Notes under the pieces: model-generated
What the model saw: only the letters and a program-made list of their open reading frames with translations
Databases searched by the model: none
What the model was told of the DNA's origin: nothing
Source of the DNA: Thermoplasmata archaeon
GTDB taxonomy: Archaea; Thermoplasmatota; Thermoplasmata; UBA10834
Reading direction: 5' to 3'
Assembly: GCA_041554135.1 (NCBI GenBank)
Contig: JBFFML010000002.1
Coordinates: 22,212-86,211 of the forward strand
DNA length: 64,000 nucleotides
Program-made: the position numbers and the translations under genes
Shown here: piece by piece, positions 39,287-49,525 of the stretch
How positions within the stretch are numbered: the first letter of the stretch is position 1
How the letters are laid out: each line of letters starts with the position of its first letter

Positions 39287-40495
39287 TTGGAATCTGAGCA
39301 ATCCTCGGAGCTTTATGAGGAGATTCAAAGAAGGCTGTCTGTCCTTGAAGAGCGCAACCTTGAGCTCGTGGAAGAGGCAAGACGGGTCGAGGGCGAGAAG
39401 AGGTTCATAGAGGGAGAGTTGATCCGCCTGCAGAAGGAGCTGAAGAGGCTCAAGGCGGAGCTAGAGCGATTGAAGGCTCCTCCCCTGATAATAGGTCAGA
39501 TCAAGGATGTGCTCGCGGACGGGCGCGTGGTGGTCAAGAGTTCCACGGGCCCTGACTTCGTTGTCAGCACCTCGGATTACGTGTCTCCGGAGTTGCTCGA
39601 GGCGGGCGCCCGCGTGGCTCTGAACAAGCAGACACTCGCGGTGATGGGCGTTTTGCCGCCCTCTCTCGATCCGATCGTGGTCGGCGCCGAGATAATCGAG
39701 AAGCCCGAGACGTCCTATGACGATATAGGCGGCCTTCAGGAACAGATCGTCGAGATACGGGAGGCGGTGGAGGACCCGCTGCTCAGGCCCGAGCTCTACA
39801 AGCGTGTTGGGATAGACCCCCCTAAGGGAGTCCTCCTGGTCGGACCACCCGGGACGGGCAAGACGCTGCTCGCCAAGGCGGTGGCCCAGCAGACGAACGC
39901 CACCTTCATCAGGTTCGTGGGGTCCGAATTGGTCCAGAAGTACATCGGCGAAGGGGCAAGGCTCGTCAGGGAGCTCTTCGACCTCGCTCGTCAGAAGGCC
40001 CCGTCCATCGTCTTCATAGACGAGCTCGACAGCGTGGGCGCGAAGAGGTTGGAGCTCGCGACATCGGGCGACAGAGAGGTCCAGCGCACACTCATGCAGA
40101 TCCTAGCCGAGCTCGACGGCTTCAACCCGCTCGGCGACGTGAAGATCGTCGGCGCGACGAACAGGCCGGACATACTGGACGAGGCGCTCCTGAGGCCAGG
40201 AAGGTTCGACAGGATCATCGAGATACCGATACCCAGCTTCGACGCGAGAGTCGACATATTCGGCATACACACGAAGCGTATGAACCTCGACGAGTCGGTC
40301 AACATCGATGAGCTCGCGGGCAAGTCCGACTCGGCCACGGGCGCTGACATCAAGGCGATATGCACCGAGGCTGGCATGTTCGCAATTCGCGAGAACCGAG
40401 ATGTCGTGACCATGACCGATCTCGAGAGGGCCATATCTAAGGTGCTCGACGACGGTGACCAGCGGGCTATGGAATCCGGGCCGATGTTCGCCTGA
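39287..40495 (+). CDS. pan: Proteasome-activating nucleotidase
   Basis: Coiled coil, OB domain (VKSSTGP), Walker [25 protein letters not shown]-terminal MFA. Confidence 0.96.
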   Translation: MESEQSSELYEEIQRRLSVLEERNLELVEEARRVEGEKRFIEGELIRLQKELKRLKAELERLKAPPLIIGQIKDVLADGRVVVKSSTGPDFVVSTSDYVSPELLEAGARVALNKQTLAVMGVLPPSLDPIVVGAEIIEKPETSYDDIGGLQEQIVEIREAVEDPLLRPELYKRVGIDPPKGVLLVGPPGTGKTLLAKAVAQQTNATFIRFVGSELVQKYIGEGARLVRELFDLARQKAPSIVFIDELDSVGAKRLELATSGDREVQRTLMQILAELDGFNPLGDVKIVGATNRPDILDEALLRPGRFDRIIEIPIPSFDARVDIFGIHTKRMNLDESVNIDELAGKSDSATGADIKAICTEAGMFAIRENRDVVTMTDLERAISKVLDDGDQRAMESGPMFA

Positions 40496-40516
40496 GCCTT
40501 CAGTCACGCCGAGACG

Positions 40517-40708
40517 TCACACGGGCGTATCGTCATCCATGTCCTTCTCCACGACGAAGGCACCTATGTAGCCGCACCTCTTGCAGTGATACTTGTATCC
40601 AGTGATCAGGGCGGCTTCGTAGTACATGTCGGCCGAACCGCACTCGGGGCAGGTCAGCACCGAGCGCTTCCTCTTCTTGTCTCCTGTCAACGGGCAACGT
40701 ATGGTCAT
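40517..40708 (-). CDS. Small zinc-ribbon protein
   Basis: CPECGS...Y.CKRCGY.G; start uncertain. Confidence 0.75.
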   Translation of the reverse strand: MTIRCPLTGDKKRKRSVLTCPECGSADMYYEAALITGYKYHCKRCGYIGAFVVEKDMDDDTPV

Positions 40709-40744
40709 ACTGCTAGACCAACGTTTTCCCGCATGGCGAAGCGT

Positions 40745-42025
40745 TCAGTACTTCGACATGTCCGCCTTCATGTACTCTCGTAGAAGGCAAGTGGCGTAAC
40801 ATCCCTTGTTGAGCGTGAACTCGAACACGGCGCTGTCGTCCCGCACATCGACTTTCAGACCCTTCGTCAACGCCAGAAGCTCCCTCCTCGTCCCCTTGGA
40901 GGACGCCTCTCTCAGGCCGACTATCTGAAAGTCCATGGGGTCGACCTCCTCGCGCTCAACTATCTCCCTCTCTATCTCGCCCATCTCTCCGCCCGCGAAG
41001 CCAGAGTCAGTGCCGTAGAGGACCCCGCTGACGAAGGCTTTCCCCTCCCCGGCGTGCCGGCGGGCCTTCTCCAGGTTCTCTCCTGTCACCTCGATCGGCC
41101 TGTCCTGGTCTGGGACGCCGTTCTTGTCGCGAGGCAGCACTATGTCCCCTTCGATCGGCTCGTGGATCGGCAACCCCCTCCTGAGCCTCTCGCTGAGTAT
41201 CCTGTTGAATATGTACGACTGGTACGCGTGTACGAACATCATCAGGAGATTCCTGGGCAGCTGCCTCAGCGCGCCGACGTAGTCTCCCGGTCTCGCGGTC
41301 AAGTGTGACACCATGGTGCGTTCGAAGGTGAACTTGGAGGGGAGGTCTCCCATGGCCTGCTCGAAGTCGCGGCTCTCCTGGAGGGCCTGTCTGGCCTGAT
41401 CCCCTTCGGAGCCGTCCCCCATCGGGTTCGCGACGTATCTCATGACCGCGCCTTCGAAATCCCCTCTGATCAGGTCCCTTCCGATCAGATGGGTGATGGG
41501 CCTCACGGAACCGAACCTCTGTACCCCGAAGAAGTTGGGGAACCCCCCTATCTCCCCGAGCCTCTCAGTGACGGATTCGCAGACAGCCGCGGCGTCGACC
41601 CCCGGGTCCGTGTCCCACACGGTCACGGCGAAACGGTTCCCTATGAGGTCGCCTATCGAGATCACGCGGTCCGCGGCATATGCGTCCAGGATCTTCACGT
41701 CAGGGATCCCCAGCTCTCTCACGTCGTCGATGGGCGCCTTGAAGGACATAAGCTGGGTGGCCACTGACCTGCCGTCCTTCGTACCGGCGAAGCCTATGGC
41801 TGATCTACCCACTCGGAGGTTGCTGCTCAGCCTCCTGACGAGCCTGTTCGCCTCCCAATTCCTGTGCCAGACACGCGCTATCACCACGGCCCCCGAGGGG
41901 TTCTCGGGAGGTCTGATGGAGACCTCGTCCACCACGAAGTCCTCAGGGGTCCTGCGCAGCTTCCCGCCTATCCCTGGCAGGTCGGCGCAGTAATACAGCT
42001 CGAGTCCCAGCTCCGCCTCGTTCAT
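40745..42025 (-). CDS. truD: tRNA pseudouridine(13) synthase
   Basis: PEDFVVDE, FAGTKD, GNRF, PNFFGVQRFG, GCYAT..LRE. Confidence 0.95.
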   Translation of the reverse strand: MNEAELGLELYYCADLPGIGGKLRRTPEDFVVDEVSIRPPENPSGAVVIARVWHRNWEANRLVRRLSSNLRVGRSAIGFAGTKDGRSVATQLMSFKAPIDDVRELGIPDVKILDAYAADRVISIGDLIGNRFAVTVWDTDPGVDAAAVCESVTERLGEIGGFPNFFGVQRFGSVRPITHLIGRDLIRGDFEGAVMRYVANPMGDGSEGDQARQALQESRDFEQAMGDLPSKFTFERTMVSHLTARPGDYVGALRQLPRNLLMMFVHAYQSYIFNRILSERLRRGLPIHEPIEGDIVLPRDKNGVPDQDRPIEVTGENLEKARRHAGEGKAFVSGVLYGTDSGFAGGEMGEIEREIVEREEVDPMDFQIVGLREASSKGTRRELLALTKGLKVDVRDDSAVFEFTLNKGCYATCLLREYMKADMSKY

Positions 42026-42075
42026 GATGACATCAGAAGAGCTCTGGTGTAAGAAATAGTTGTTTCGGCCCGATC

Positions 42076-42351
42076 CTATCCGAGTTGCTTCTCTATGAGC
42101 TGCTTCGCCTCGAGGTACTGGTTCGACAGCGACTTAGCGGCCTTCTTCAACGCGGCCTGCGGCTTGCCGTCCTTGACGGCGATCGTCAGCACGGGTTTGT
42201 CCAGCTGAGGGTGACCGGTGGAATACCGTGCGTCCTTGACGTTCTTGTCCCGCAGCAGCTCGTGTATGAGTGGGTATATGAGCGTCTCATCGGCGTCGTC
42301 TATCTCTATCTTGATGAGGTCCTTCTTCTTCTCCAGCAGCCTGAACTCCAT
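42076..42351 (-). CDS. rpoL: RNA polymerase subunit L (Rpo11)
   Basis: ETL...L..ELL.D.NV..ARY..GHP....P.L pattern, 91 aa. Confidence 0.85.
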   Translation of the reverse strand: MEFRLLEKKKDLIKIEIDDADETLIYPLIHELLRDKNVKDARYSTGHPQLDKPVLTIAVKDGKPQAALKKAAKSLSNQYLEAKQLIEKQLG

Positions 42352-42435
42352 TGTACTCGACGCTCTCGTATGGACAATTGGTTCATAAAGCTTCCTGCAA
42401 CGGGCTACTTAATGGCTGCCATGGGCCAGACGGGT

Positions 42436-42591
42436 CTACTCTCGCCCCTCGTCCCGGCCTTCGCCCTTCCCTCTAGGGTACTTCATGCCACAGAGCGAGC
42501 AGACATCGACCTCGGAGACGTCGCCGCTCTCCGTGGCCATCGCCTTCAATATGCACTCGCCGTCGCACATGGGACATCTCTTCTCAGTCAT
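42436..42591 (-). CDS. Small CxxC...CxxC zinc-binding protein (51 aa, missed by ORF track)
   Basis: MTEKRCPMCDGECILKAMATESGDVSEVDVCSLCGMKYPRGK...; GGAGG RBS; start overlaps Hef stop. Confidence 0.7.
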   Translation of the reverse strand: MTEKRCPMCDGECILKAMATESGDVSEVDVCSLCGMKYPRGKGEGRDEGRE

Positions 42592-44941
42592 CCGACGCGT
42601 CCTCCTCCCGGAACCTCCTCTTCATGACAGTATGAATGCCCTCTGCAATAACCCTTCCCACGCCGTCCACCTCCATCAGCTGCTCGGGTGTCGCGTCCGC
42701 GATGGCCTTCACGCTGCCGAGCCTGTCGAGGAGCCTCTGTGCCAGTGTGGCAGACACGTTGGGAAGCCCTTGGATCAGGAACAGTTGTCGATTGTCGTCG
42801 TCGAGCCTCGTCTGTCCTCCCTTCCCCTTACCTGAGCGTTCGAGCTCCTGTCTGATGAGTGAAGAGATCGCAGCCGCCGTCTCCCCGGCGTCCGCCGTGG
42901 ACAGGACGGGCATCTTGTAGTCGGCGAGCAACGCGCCCAAGGCGTCATACACGGCTGCGTTGCCTTCTTCGACGCCCTTGCCCTCGGCGGGCCCTTGGAC
43001 TATTAGGACGGGATGCGGATACTCCTGCCTCATCATGGACAGGCTCGAGAGCATGCTGCCGTCCGATATGCCGTCTATGAACTCGCCGACCGTCCGCACG
43101 GCGAGCGCGACCCTGTCCGACAGCACGATGTCCGCGGACTCGGTGTCGTCGGCCTTGAGGGCGAACCCAGAGCCCAGCAGCCTCTCCTCGAGGGCCGTGC
43201 CGCGTATCCTCCGCGAGACGGTCAGGGTCGGTCCCGCGGCGTCTCCCCCCGCTGGTTTGCCGTACTCGGAGAGCGATTTCTGGCCCGGTGCCTCCGCCGT
43301 CTTCTGGGATAGTTGCTCTTTGTCGCTGAGGTCCCCAGGAGACATCATGTCGGCGATCTCGGCCCTTCCGAGGGTCCCACGGCTCTTGGGCTCGCCCTCA
43401 CGCCCATGGGCCGTCCCCCTCCTCGCCCTGAGTTTCTTCCTGAGGTTGTCGAGCTCCCGTCGCATCTGGAGCTCCTTCTTGCGGGACGACCAAAAGTAGG
43501 CCTCGTCCTTCGTGTCCCTGGCCATGAGTATTATGACCTTGCCTGCCTGCGTCCTGCCCGTCCTGCCTCTCCTCTGGATCGTTCGTATCTCCGACGGGAC
43601 GGGCTCGTAGAACACCACGAGGTCGGTAGTGGGTATGTCCAGACCCTCCTCCGCGATCGATGTCGCCACCAGCACGTTGTGCTCTCCGCTCTGGAACTTA
43701 TCTATGACTTCCCGCTGCTCCTTCTGTTTGAGGCCTATGTCCTCTCCCTTGCTCGCCTGGCCGACGAACCTCACGGGTCTGACGCCATCCATCTCGGCGA
43801 GCTTGTTCGTTATGAAGTCGCATGTGTCTCTGTAGTGGGTGAACACTATGACGCGCGATTCCGGTTTGGAGTTGAACTGCGACGCGAGTATCGAGATGAG
43901 CGATTTGAGCTTCGGATGCTCGTCCGACATCGCGTACAACGCCCTCCTCGCCTGCTCGTACCGCGAGTCTTTAACGAGGGTCCTGACGGCCTTAGAGCGC
44001 TTGTTCTCCTCTGCCAGTTTCTCCTGCTTGTCGAGGTAGCTCTCAAGGGCGCCTCTGCCCTGTGTCTCCGCCAGCTCTATGCCGTGATTGACCTTCATCG
44101 CCAAAGCCTGGGCACTCGCGATCGAGAACAGGCCGAAGGACTTCTTGCCAGAGTCCAGCTGCGCTCTTATCGTCGCGCCAGCGCCTAGCAGGTCCCTTGT
44201 CGTGACGGGCTTCTTGGGGTCGAGGTACCCCGCGGCCCTGAGCTTTGTGACCTGCTCGTTCAGTATCTGCTTCAGCAAGGCGACGACGCCGGCCATCCCA
44301 TCCTGCATCTCTACGCTGACGAACTCCGTCTTGACGTCCTGGGTGTAGTCCACCACATCCTCATCGATCTCAGAGCGGATCTCGACCCAGGTTATTCCGA
44401 GGTTCTCGCACACCTCGGCTATCTTCGAGACGTCCGAGCCGGGTGAGGCGGTCATGCCCAAGGAGAGGCCTCCGCGGCTCGAGAACTCCTTGCCGATGGC
44501 GACGTAGGCGTAGTCGCCCGCGGCCCTGTGCGCCTCGTCGAAGACGATTAGGTCGACCTCTGACAGGTCAATCATCTTCGCCTCTATGTCGTTGGCGGCC
44601 ACCTGCGGGGTCGATACTATGAGCCTCCCGCTCGTCCACAAGTCCTCCCTCTTGTCCGGGGGCATCTCACCTGTGAAGACGACCGGGTCGAAGCCTATCA
44701 GATGCGCCTTCAAGAACTTCGCATGCTGCTCGACGAGCGGTTTCGTCGGGGCCAGGAACAGCACGCGCCCGCGCTTTCCCTTGAGGATCTCGGCGATAAC
44801 GAAAAGGGCGATCACCGTCTTGCCCATGCCCGTGGGTAAGACCACGAGGGTGGATTCGCCCAGGGCAGCGCGCGCGATATTGGCCTGATACTCTCTGAAT
44901 TCTATGCTGCGAGGCTTGATCAACTCGTGCTCAAGGAACAC
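42584..44941 (-). CDS. hef: Hef/FANCM-like helicase with ERCC4-like and HhH2 domains
   Basis: PTGMGKT, DEAH, TASPG, AEEGLD, QRRGRTGR; C-terminal ERCC4-like fold and tandem HhH. Confidence 0.93.
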   Translation of the reverse strand: MFLEHELIKPRSIEFREYQANIARAALGESTLVVLPTGMGKTVIALFVIAEILKGKRGRVLFLAPTKPLVEQHAKFLKAHLIGFDPVVFTGEMPPDKREDLWTSGRLIVSTPQVAANDIEAKMIDLSEVDLIVFDEAHRAAGDYAYVAIGKEFSSRGGLSLGMTASPGSDVSKIAEVCENLGITWVEIRSEIDEDVVDYTQDVKTEFVSVEMQDGMAGVVALLKQILNEQVTKLRAAGYLDPKKPVTTRDLLGAGATIRAQLDSGKKSFGLFSIASAQALAMKVNHGIELAETQGRGALESYLDKQEKLAEENKRSKAVRTLVKDSRYEQARRALYAMSDEHPKLKSLISILASQFNSKPESRVIVFTHYRDTCDFITNKLAEMDGVRPVRFVGQASKGEDIGLKQKEQREVIDKFQSGEHNVLVATSIAEEGLDIPTTDLVVFYEPVPSEIRTIQRRGRTGRTQAGKVIILMARDTKDEAYFWSSRKKELQMRRELDNLRKKLRARRGTAHGREGEPKSRGTLGRAEIADMMSPGDLSDKEQLSQKTAEAPGQKSLSEYGKPAGGDAAGPTLTVSRRIRGTALEERLLGSGFALKADDTESADIVLSDRVALAVRTVGEFIDGISDGSMLSSLSMMRQEYPHPVLIVQGPAEGKGVEEGNAAVYDALGALLADYKMPVLSTADAGETAAAISSLIRQELERSGKGKGGQTRLDDDNRQLFLIQGLPNVSATLAQRLLDRLGSVKAIADATPEQLMEVDGVGRVIAEGIHTVMKRRFREEDASDD

Positions 44942-44995
44942 AGACCGTTGAGAGCAGCTATCGCTTATGTAACACTTCCGGGAAGAGCCCTGAAT

Positions 44996-45313
44996 CTAGT
45001 GGCATCCAGCACATGTGCCGCCGCACGACGGGGCGTCCGACTTGACCCTCACGACGACTCCGGGGCCTTGGGGGGTGTCGACGGACTCTATAGTGGCGTC
45101 TTTCAGCGTCTCCTCAAGGGCCTTGTCGTAGATCAGTGTGATGCCGTCATCCTTGAATTCGACATCGCTCTCCTTCTTCTTGTCAAAAGCCATCATATAC
45201 GCGGGTCCAGAACATGAGTATCCCGCGAACACGATCCTGATCGGGTCGTCCTTCTTCTCCTCGGCTACAATGGACTTGATGGTCTCGTTTGCCTTCGGCG
45301 TTATCGTTACCAT
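44996..45313 (-). CDS. HesB/IscA-like Fe-S cluster assembly accessory protein
   Basis: IT.KA, IRI...GYSCSGP, C-terminal CGGTCAGCH. Confidence 0.8.
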   Translation of the reverse strand: MVTITPKANETIKSIVAEEKKDDPIRIVFAGYSCSGPAYMMAFDKKKESDVEFKDDGITLIYDKALEETLKDATIESVDTPQGPGVVVRVKSDAPSCGGTCAGCH

Positions 45314-45396
45314 GGTAACTGCCTCTGGTACTTGTGAGGAAGGGGCCATATTTAAGAGTTTTCGCCTAACATGTCAACATCTGGCGCGATTCGTCG

Positions 45397-46647
45397 TCAC
45401 TGAGCCACCACTCTGTCGAAGCCGGGTGCGCCGATGGGTCTGGTGGCGTCGATACCTACCTTCGCCGTCGTCTCGTCCGCGCTGGGGTCGAGGCTGCTCC
45501 CGCGCGCTCCGGGCACGACCAACAGGTCCTTGTCCCCCTGGAACCGAGTCGCGACCGCCCACTCAACGGCCCTGTCGTCATATATGTCGATGTCATCGTC
45601 AACGACGACGACCAGCTTCATCGACGTGTGCGCCCCCATTGCCGCCATGATAGCGTTGACCGCGTCGCCCTCCTTCTGTTTCGTTATTGAGACGACTCCG
45701 TGTAGCCAACAACAACCGCCCTCCGTCAACCGGACGCCGTGCACTTCGGGCACCGCCACGCTTACAGCCTTCCTTATCACCGGCTCCCTCGGAAGCCCCA
45801 TCATGAGATAATGCTCGAGGGACCCTGGGAGTATGATGTGCAGGATCGCGTCGTCCCTGAAGTACACACGGTCTATCTCGACCACCGGCTGCATCCTCGT
45901 CGGATCCTGTGTCCCCGTGATGTCGACGAAGGGGCCCTCCTCGGCCAGCTTGTCGGTTATCCGTCCTTGGAGGATGTGCTCAGCGAAGGCCGGCACAAGC
46001 AGCCCATTCTCTATCCTCCTGACCGCAACCGGTTCGCCCAGGCACAGCTGTCTGAGGGTGTTCGCTATGGATAGCTCGTCGGTGCCGAGCTCCACAGTCA
46101 TCGCGGCAGGGAGCAGGATCGAAGGGCATAGGCCGATGGCGACGGCGATCTTCAGCTCCTCGCCCTTCTCACGCGCTCGCCTGTGGAGTGCGTGCAGATG
46201 CCTCGGGACCACGCGCATCGTCAGGGTCTTGTCGCCTGTGAGCATTAGCCGGTGAAAGGACATGTTCCTCACGCCCTCGAACTCCGTGATGACGACGCCA
46301 GCGGTGATGTATCGTCCTCCATCGCCGCTGTAGAACTTCGGAACGGCCGATTCTCGGAGGTCGAAGTCGGTCATGACGTTCTCCTCGAAGGGGGCGCTGT
46401 CTATCTCCTGAGGAGGGGTCGGCGAGCTCATGGCCTCCAACATCCTTGCCGAGAGCTCCTCAGGTGTGCACTTTAGGGCCTGCAGGATGCGCTTCCTGTC
46501 GGCCCACAGATTGCCGACAGCCCTATGGCCGTCAAGGTCTTCGAACAACACCGGTCTGTCTCCGGCCTTTGTCAGATACCTGGTGACCTCGAGATCCCGC
46601 GAGACCTTCCCCTTGACGACGACGGTCTCCTCGAAGCCATCCAACAA
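45397..46647 (-). CDS. UbiD-family prFMN-dependent decarboxylase
   Basis: DGGRYITAG, EGPFVDITG, VVVVDDDIDI...VEWAVATRF, K.GIDAT.P. Confidence 0.92.
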   Translation of the reverse strand: MLDGFEETVVVKGKVSRDLEVTRYLTKAGDRPVLFEDLDGHRAVGNLWADRKRILQALKCTPEELSARMLEAMSSPTPPQEIDSAPFEENVMTDFDLRESAVPKFYSGDGGRYITAGVVITEFEGVRNMSFHRLMLTGDKTLTMRVVPRHLHALHRRAREKGEELKIAVAIGLCPSILLPAAMTVELGTDELSIANTLRQLCLGEPVAVRRIENGLLVPAFAEHILQGRITDKLAEEGPFVDITGTQDPTRMQPVVEIDRVYFRDDAILHIILPGSLEHYLMMGLPREPVIRKAVSVAVPEVHGVRLTEGGCCWLHGVVSITKQKEGDAVNAIMAAMGAHTSMKLVVVVDDDIDIYDDRAVEWAVATRFQGDKDLLVVPGARGSSLDPSADETTAKVGIDATRPIGAPGFDRVVAQ

Positions 46648-46808
46648 CGATCTGATTGACAGAAGATCACCGACCTCTGGATAACCGAAACGGCATATCT
46701 AAAGTTTCGTCTGAGCAACCTGGTTCGTCCGCTCATCCGCCGCCCGTCCTCAGACGGGCGTGGTGGCTCTCTCAAACCTTTTTATATATACCCATCCATC
46801 GAGTGACA

Positions 46809-48476
46809 GTGGACACGGAGGCTGTAGTTCGTAAGTACGCCCTCCAGAACGCGGCGTTCTATGACGGAAAGGCGACCGTCGGTGCCGTACTGGGCAAGGT
46901 CATGGCCGAGAACTCCGACCTGCGCTCCGACGCGAAGGCGGTCGCCGCAATCGCGAAGAAGATCGTCACGGAAGTGAACTCCCTCAGCCCGGAGGAGCAG
47001 AAGAAGGCGTTGGAGGCGATCGCCCCCGAGCTCCTCGTGAAGGAGCACAAAGCGAAGTCGACCGAGCTGCCCGAACTGAGAGACGCCTCCGGCGGCGTCA
47101 GGATGAGGATCGCGCCGAATCCGTCAGGCCCTCTGCATCTTGGCCATAGCAGGATGGCGATCCTGAACGACGAGTATGTGAAGAGATACGGCGGAGCGTG
47201 TGTCAACAGGTTCGAGGACACGGACCCGGCTCGGATAGACCCCTCGGGTTACGACTCGATACCGAAGGATCTGGAGTGGCTCGGTGTGAAGATCCACGAG
47301 ACCGTGATCCAGAGCGACCGTTTCGAGACCTACTACGGAGTCGCCCGTAAGCTGCTGGAGGCGGGCCACGCCTACGTATGCACGTGCAGGCCGGACGATT
47401 GGCGCGCGCTCAAGGCCAGGAAAGCGCCCTGTCCGCACAGGGGCGACGCGCTGGAGGATCAGCTCGCGAGGTACGACGGGATGTTCGACGGGACGTTCGG
47501 CCCTGAAGAGGCGTCGTTGGTGGTCAAGACCGACCTCGGGCATCCCAACCCTGCCCTGCGGGATTTCGTCGCCCTGCGAATCGATGAGACGCCCCACGCT
47601 CGGACCGGGACGAGGTTCCGCGTGTACCCGTTGATGAACCTCTCCGTCGCCGTCGATGACCACGAGCTAGCTCTCACTCACATCCTGCGGGGGAAGGACC
47701 ACCTCAACAACACGTACAGGCAGGAGTACATCTTCGATTACATGGGCTGGCAGAAGCCCCGGTACATCCATTACGGGCGCGTGTCGATCGAGGACGCTCA
47801 ATTGTCGACATCCAAGATGGCGGCTGGGATAGCTGAGGGGAGGTACAGCGGGTGGGACGACCCTCAGCTCGGCACTCTCGCGGCGCTCAGAAGGAGGGGC
47901 ATAGAGCCAGGAGCCATAAGACGGTACTGGGTCGAGACCGGTATCAAGGAGGTCGACATAGAGTTCTCGTGGAAGACGCTCCACTCGTTCAACAGGGACA
48001 TCGTCGACGACACTTCCTCGAGGTACTTCTTCGTGGACGAACCTGTTGAGTTCCGGCTGGTCGATTTCCCCGACCTCGAGGCAAGGGCGCCGCTGCACCC
48101 CGGACACGAGGAGCGCGGGAGGAGAGCTCTTAAGGTACCGTCCGACTCGGTCATCTACCTGAGCAGGTCCGACTTGTCGGAGGATCGGCGCAGGCTGCGC
48201 CTTAAAGACCTCTGCAACGTAGAGGTCTCCGGCGATACCCTCCGCTTCGACGGGAACGACCTAGCGGTCCTCAAGGAGGGCGTGCCGATCGTCCACTGGG
48301 TTCCGCAGGATTCTGTCAAGGCCGAGGTCCTAATGCCCGACGGCGCCGTGAGGAGGGGCCTCGCGGAGCGCAGCCTGACATCGGAGAAGGGGGCGGTCGT
48401 CCAGCTGGAGCGGTTCGGCTTCGTGCGAGTCGAGGAGACGTCCCCGAGCATCCGTTGCGTATTCTCGCACAAGTGA
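46809..48476 (+). CDS. gltX: Glutamyl-tRNA synthetase (archaeal type)
   Basis: KYALQNA..Y.GKA, APNPSGPLHLGH, LSTS, GWDDP.L.T; start reset downstream of TTTTATATATA. Confidence 0.95.
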   Translation: MDTEAVVRKYALQNAAFYDGKATVGAVLGKVMAENSDLRSDAKAVAAIAKKIVTEVNSLSPEEQKKALEAIAPELLVKEHKAKSTELPELRDASGGVRMRIAPNPSGPLHLGHSRMAILNDEYVKRYGGACVNRFEDTDPARIDPSGYDSIPKDLEWLGVKIHETVIQSDRFETYYGVARKLLEAGHAYVCTCRPDDWRALKARKAPCPHRGDALEDQLARYDGMFDGTFGPEEASLVVKTDLGHPNPALRDFVALRIDETPHARTGTRFRVYPLMNLSVAVDDHELALTHILRGKDHLNNTYRQEYIFDYMGWQKPRYIHYGRVSIEDAQLSTSKMAAGIAEGRYSGWDDPQLGTLAALRRRGIEPGAIRRYWVETGIKEVDIEFSWKTLHSFNRDIVDDTSSRYFFVDEPVEFRLVDFPDLEARAPLHPGHEERGRRALKVPSDSVIYLSRSDLSEDRRRLRLKDLCNVEVSGDTLRFDGNDLAVLKEGVPIVHWVPQDSVKAEVLMPDGAVRRGLAERSLTSEKGAVVQLERFGFVRVEETSPSIRCVFSHK

Positions 48477-48484
48477 CACCCTCG

Positions 48485-49525
48485 TCAGACATCCCAGAAC
48501 GGTACGATGTCACACGCGAGGCATGCGTTGCACATGGTACGGAACGAAAGCGTCGTAAGCCCGTGCTCGGTCAGGATATCCTTGTGAGTTGTCGCCAGGC
48601 GTATCATCCGTTGTGCGGTAACAGGCTCGAGTGTCCCCAGCCTGGCGGTCAGCTCTGGCAGGTTGAGCCTGTTGACACGGAGGGCCCTCAGGGTGGCGAC
48701 GGCTCCCATGTCCGCGAGCACCTTTGAGCCTCGGAGCACGGTCTCGTCGGACTCCCCCAACCCGAAGATGATGTTCGAGGACACGCGGTTCCGACCGAAG
48801 ACCTCGCAGGCGTGGCCGATGCTCTGGAGAATGCCGTTGTAGTCCCTACCGGGGCAGACCTTCTCGAAGATGTCCTGGTCGAAAGACTCGATGTTGATCT
48901 TGATCTCGTCCGCGCCCGCCTCCTTCATCGCGTCTATGTGGTCCGTCCTCGTGACGTAGGGCTCGACACCGATAGGCGAATCGGGCAGCTCCGAACGTAT
49001 TCGTCGCACAAGGCCGACAATCCTATCCACAGTGTCGGCAGGGGATTCCGAGACGCCGCTCGTCAATGCCACTCCCTCGAACGCGCCGTCCCTTGACGCT
49101 TCCCTTATCATGTCCATTATCTTGTCGTCCGTGAGATGCTTCGAGAAGTCTCGCTCCAATTTGTTGAGGCTGCAGAATGCGCAGTCATATACACATCGGT
49201 TGTCTACGTTTATGAATGCCTGAGACGGTGCGTGACATAGTGTTCGCAGCAACTCGACGGAGTCTATGAACGGTTCGCCTCCTCGTCTCAGGTCCAACCC
49301 CTGGGCCGTCTCCACGAGTTCGAATTCGCCCGCGTCGCGAGACACTTCCTTCTTCGCCCGTGTGCCCTCGAAGGAGAATACGACCTCTGTGATGCCAGCG
49401 CCTGGGCCGGCCGTGGACCTGCTCGGACGGAACGGAAGCCTGAACGGCTTCGGGAGGACGACAGGGCCACCCGCGAGCAGCTCCGCCTTTCGCCTCGCGG
49501 TCTCCGCTCCTACCTTCGCTTCCAT
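48485..49525 (-). CDS. Radical SAM protein (biotin-synthase-like, unknown function)
   Basis: CVYDCAFC, GLGESD, C-terminal CNACLACD. Confidence 0.8.
   Translation of the reverse strand: MEAKVGAETARRKAELLAGGPVVLPKPFRLPFRPSRSTAGPGAGITEVVFSFEGTRAKKEVSRDAGEFELVETAQGLDLRRGGEPFIDSVELLRTLCHAPSQAFINVDNRCVYDCAFCSLNKLERDFSKHLTDDKIMDMIREASRDGAFEGVALTSGVSESPADTVDRIVGLVRRIRSELPDSPIGVEPYVTRTDHIDAMKEAGADEIKINIESFDQDIFEKVCPGRDYNGILQSIGHACEVFGRNRVSSNIIFGLGESDETVLRGSKVLADMGAVATLRALRVNRLNLPELTARLGTLEPVTAQRMIRLATTHKDILTEHGLTTLSFRTMCNACLACDIVPFWDV

Noticed and set aside
44996-45313. HesB-like selenoprotein
   Set aside because: The motif position is Cys (GYSCSGP); no in-frame TGA.
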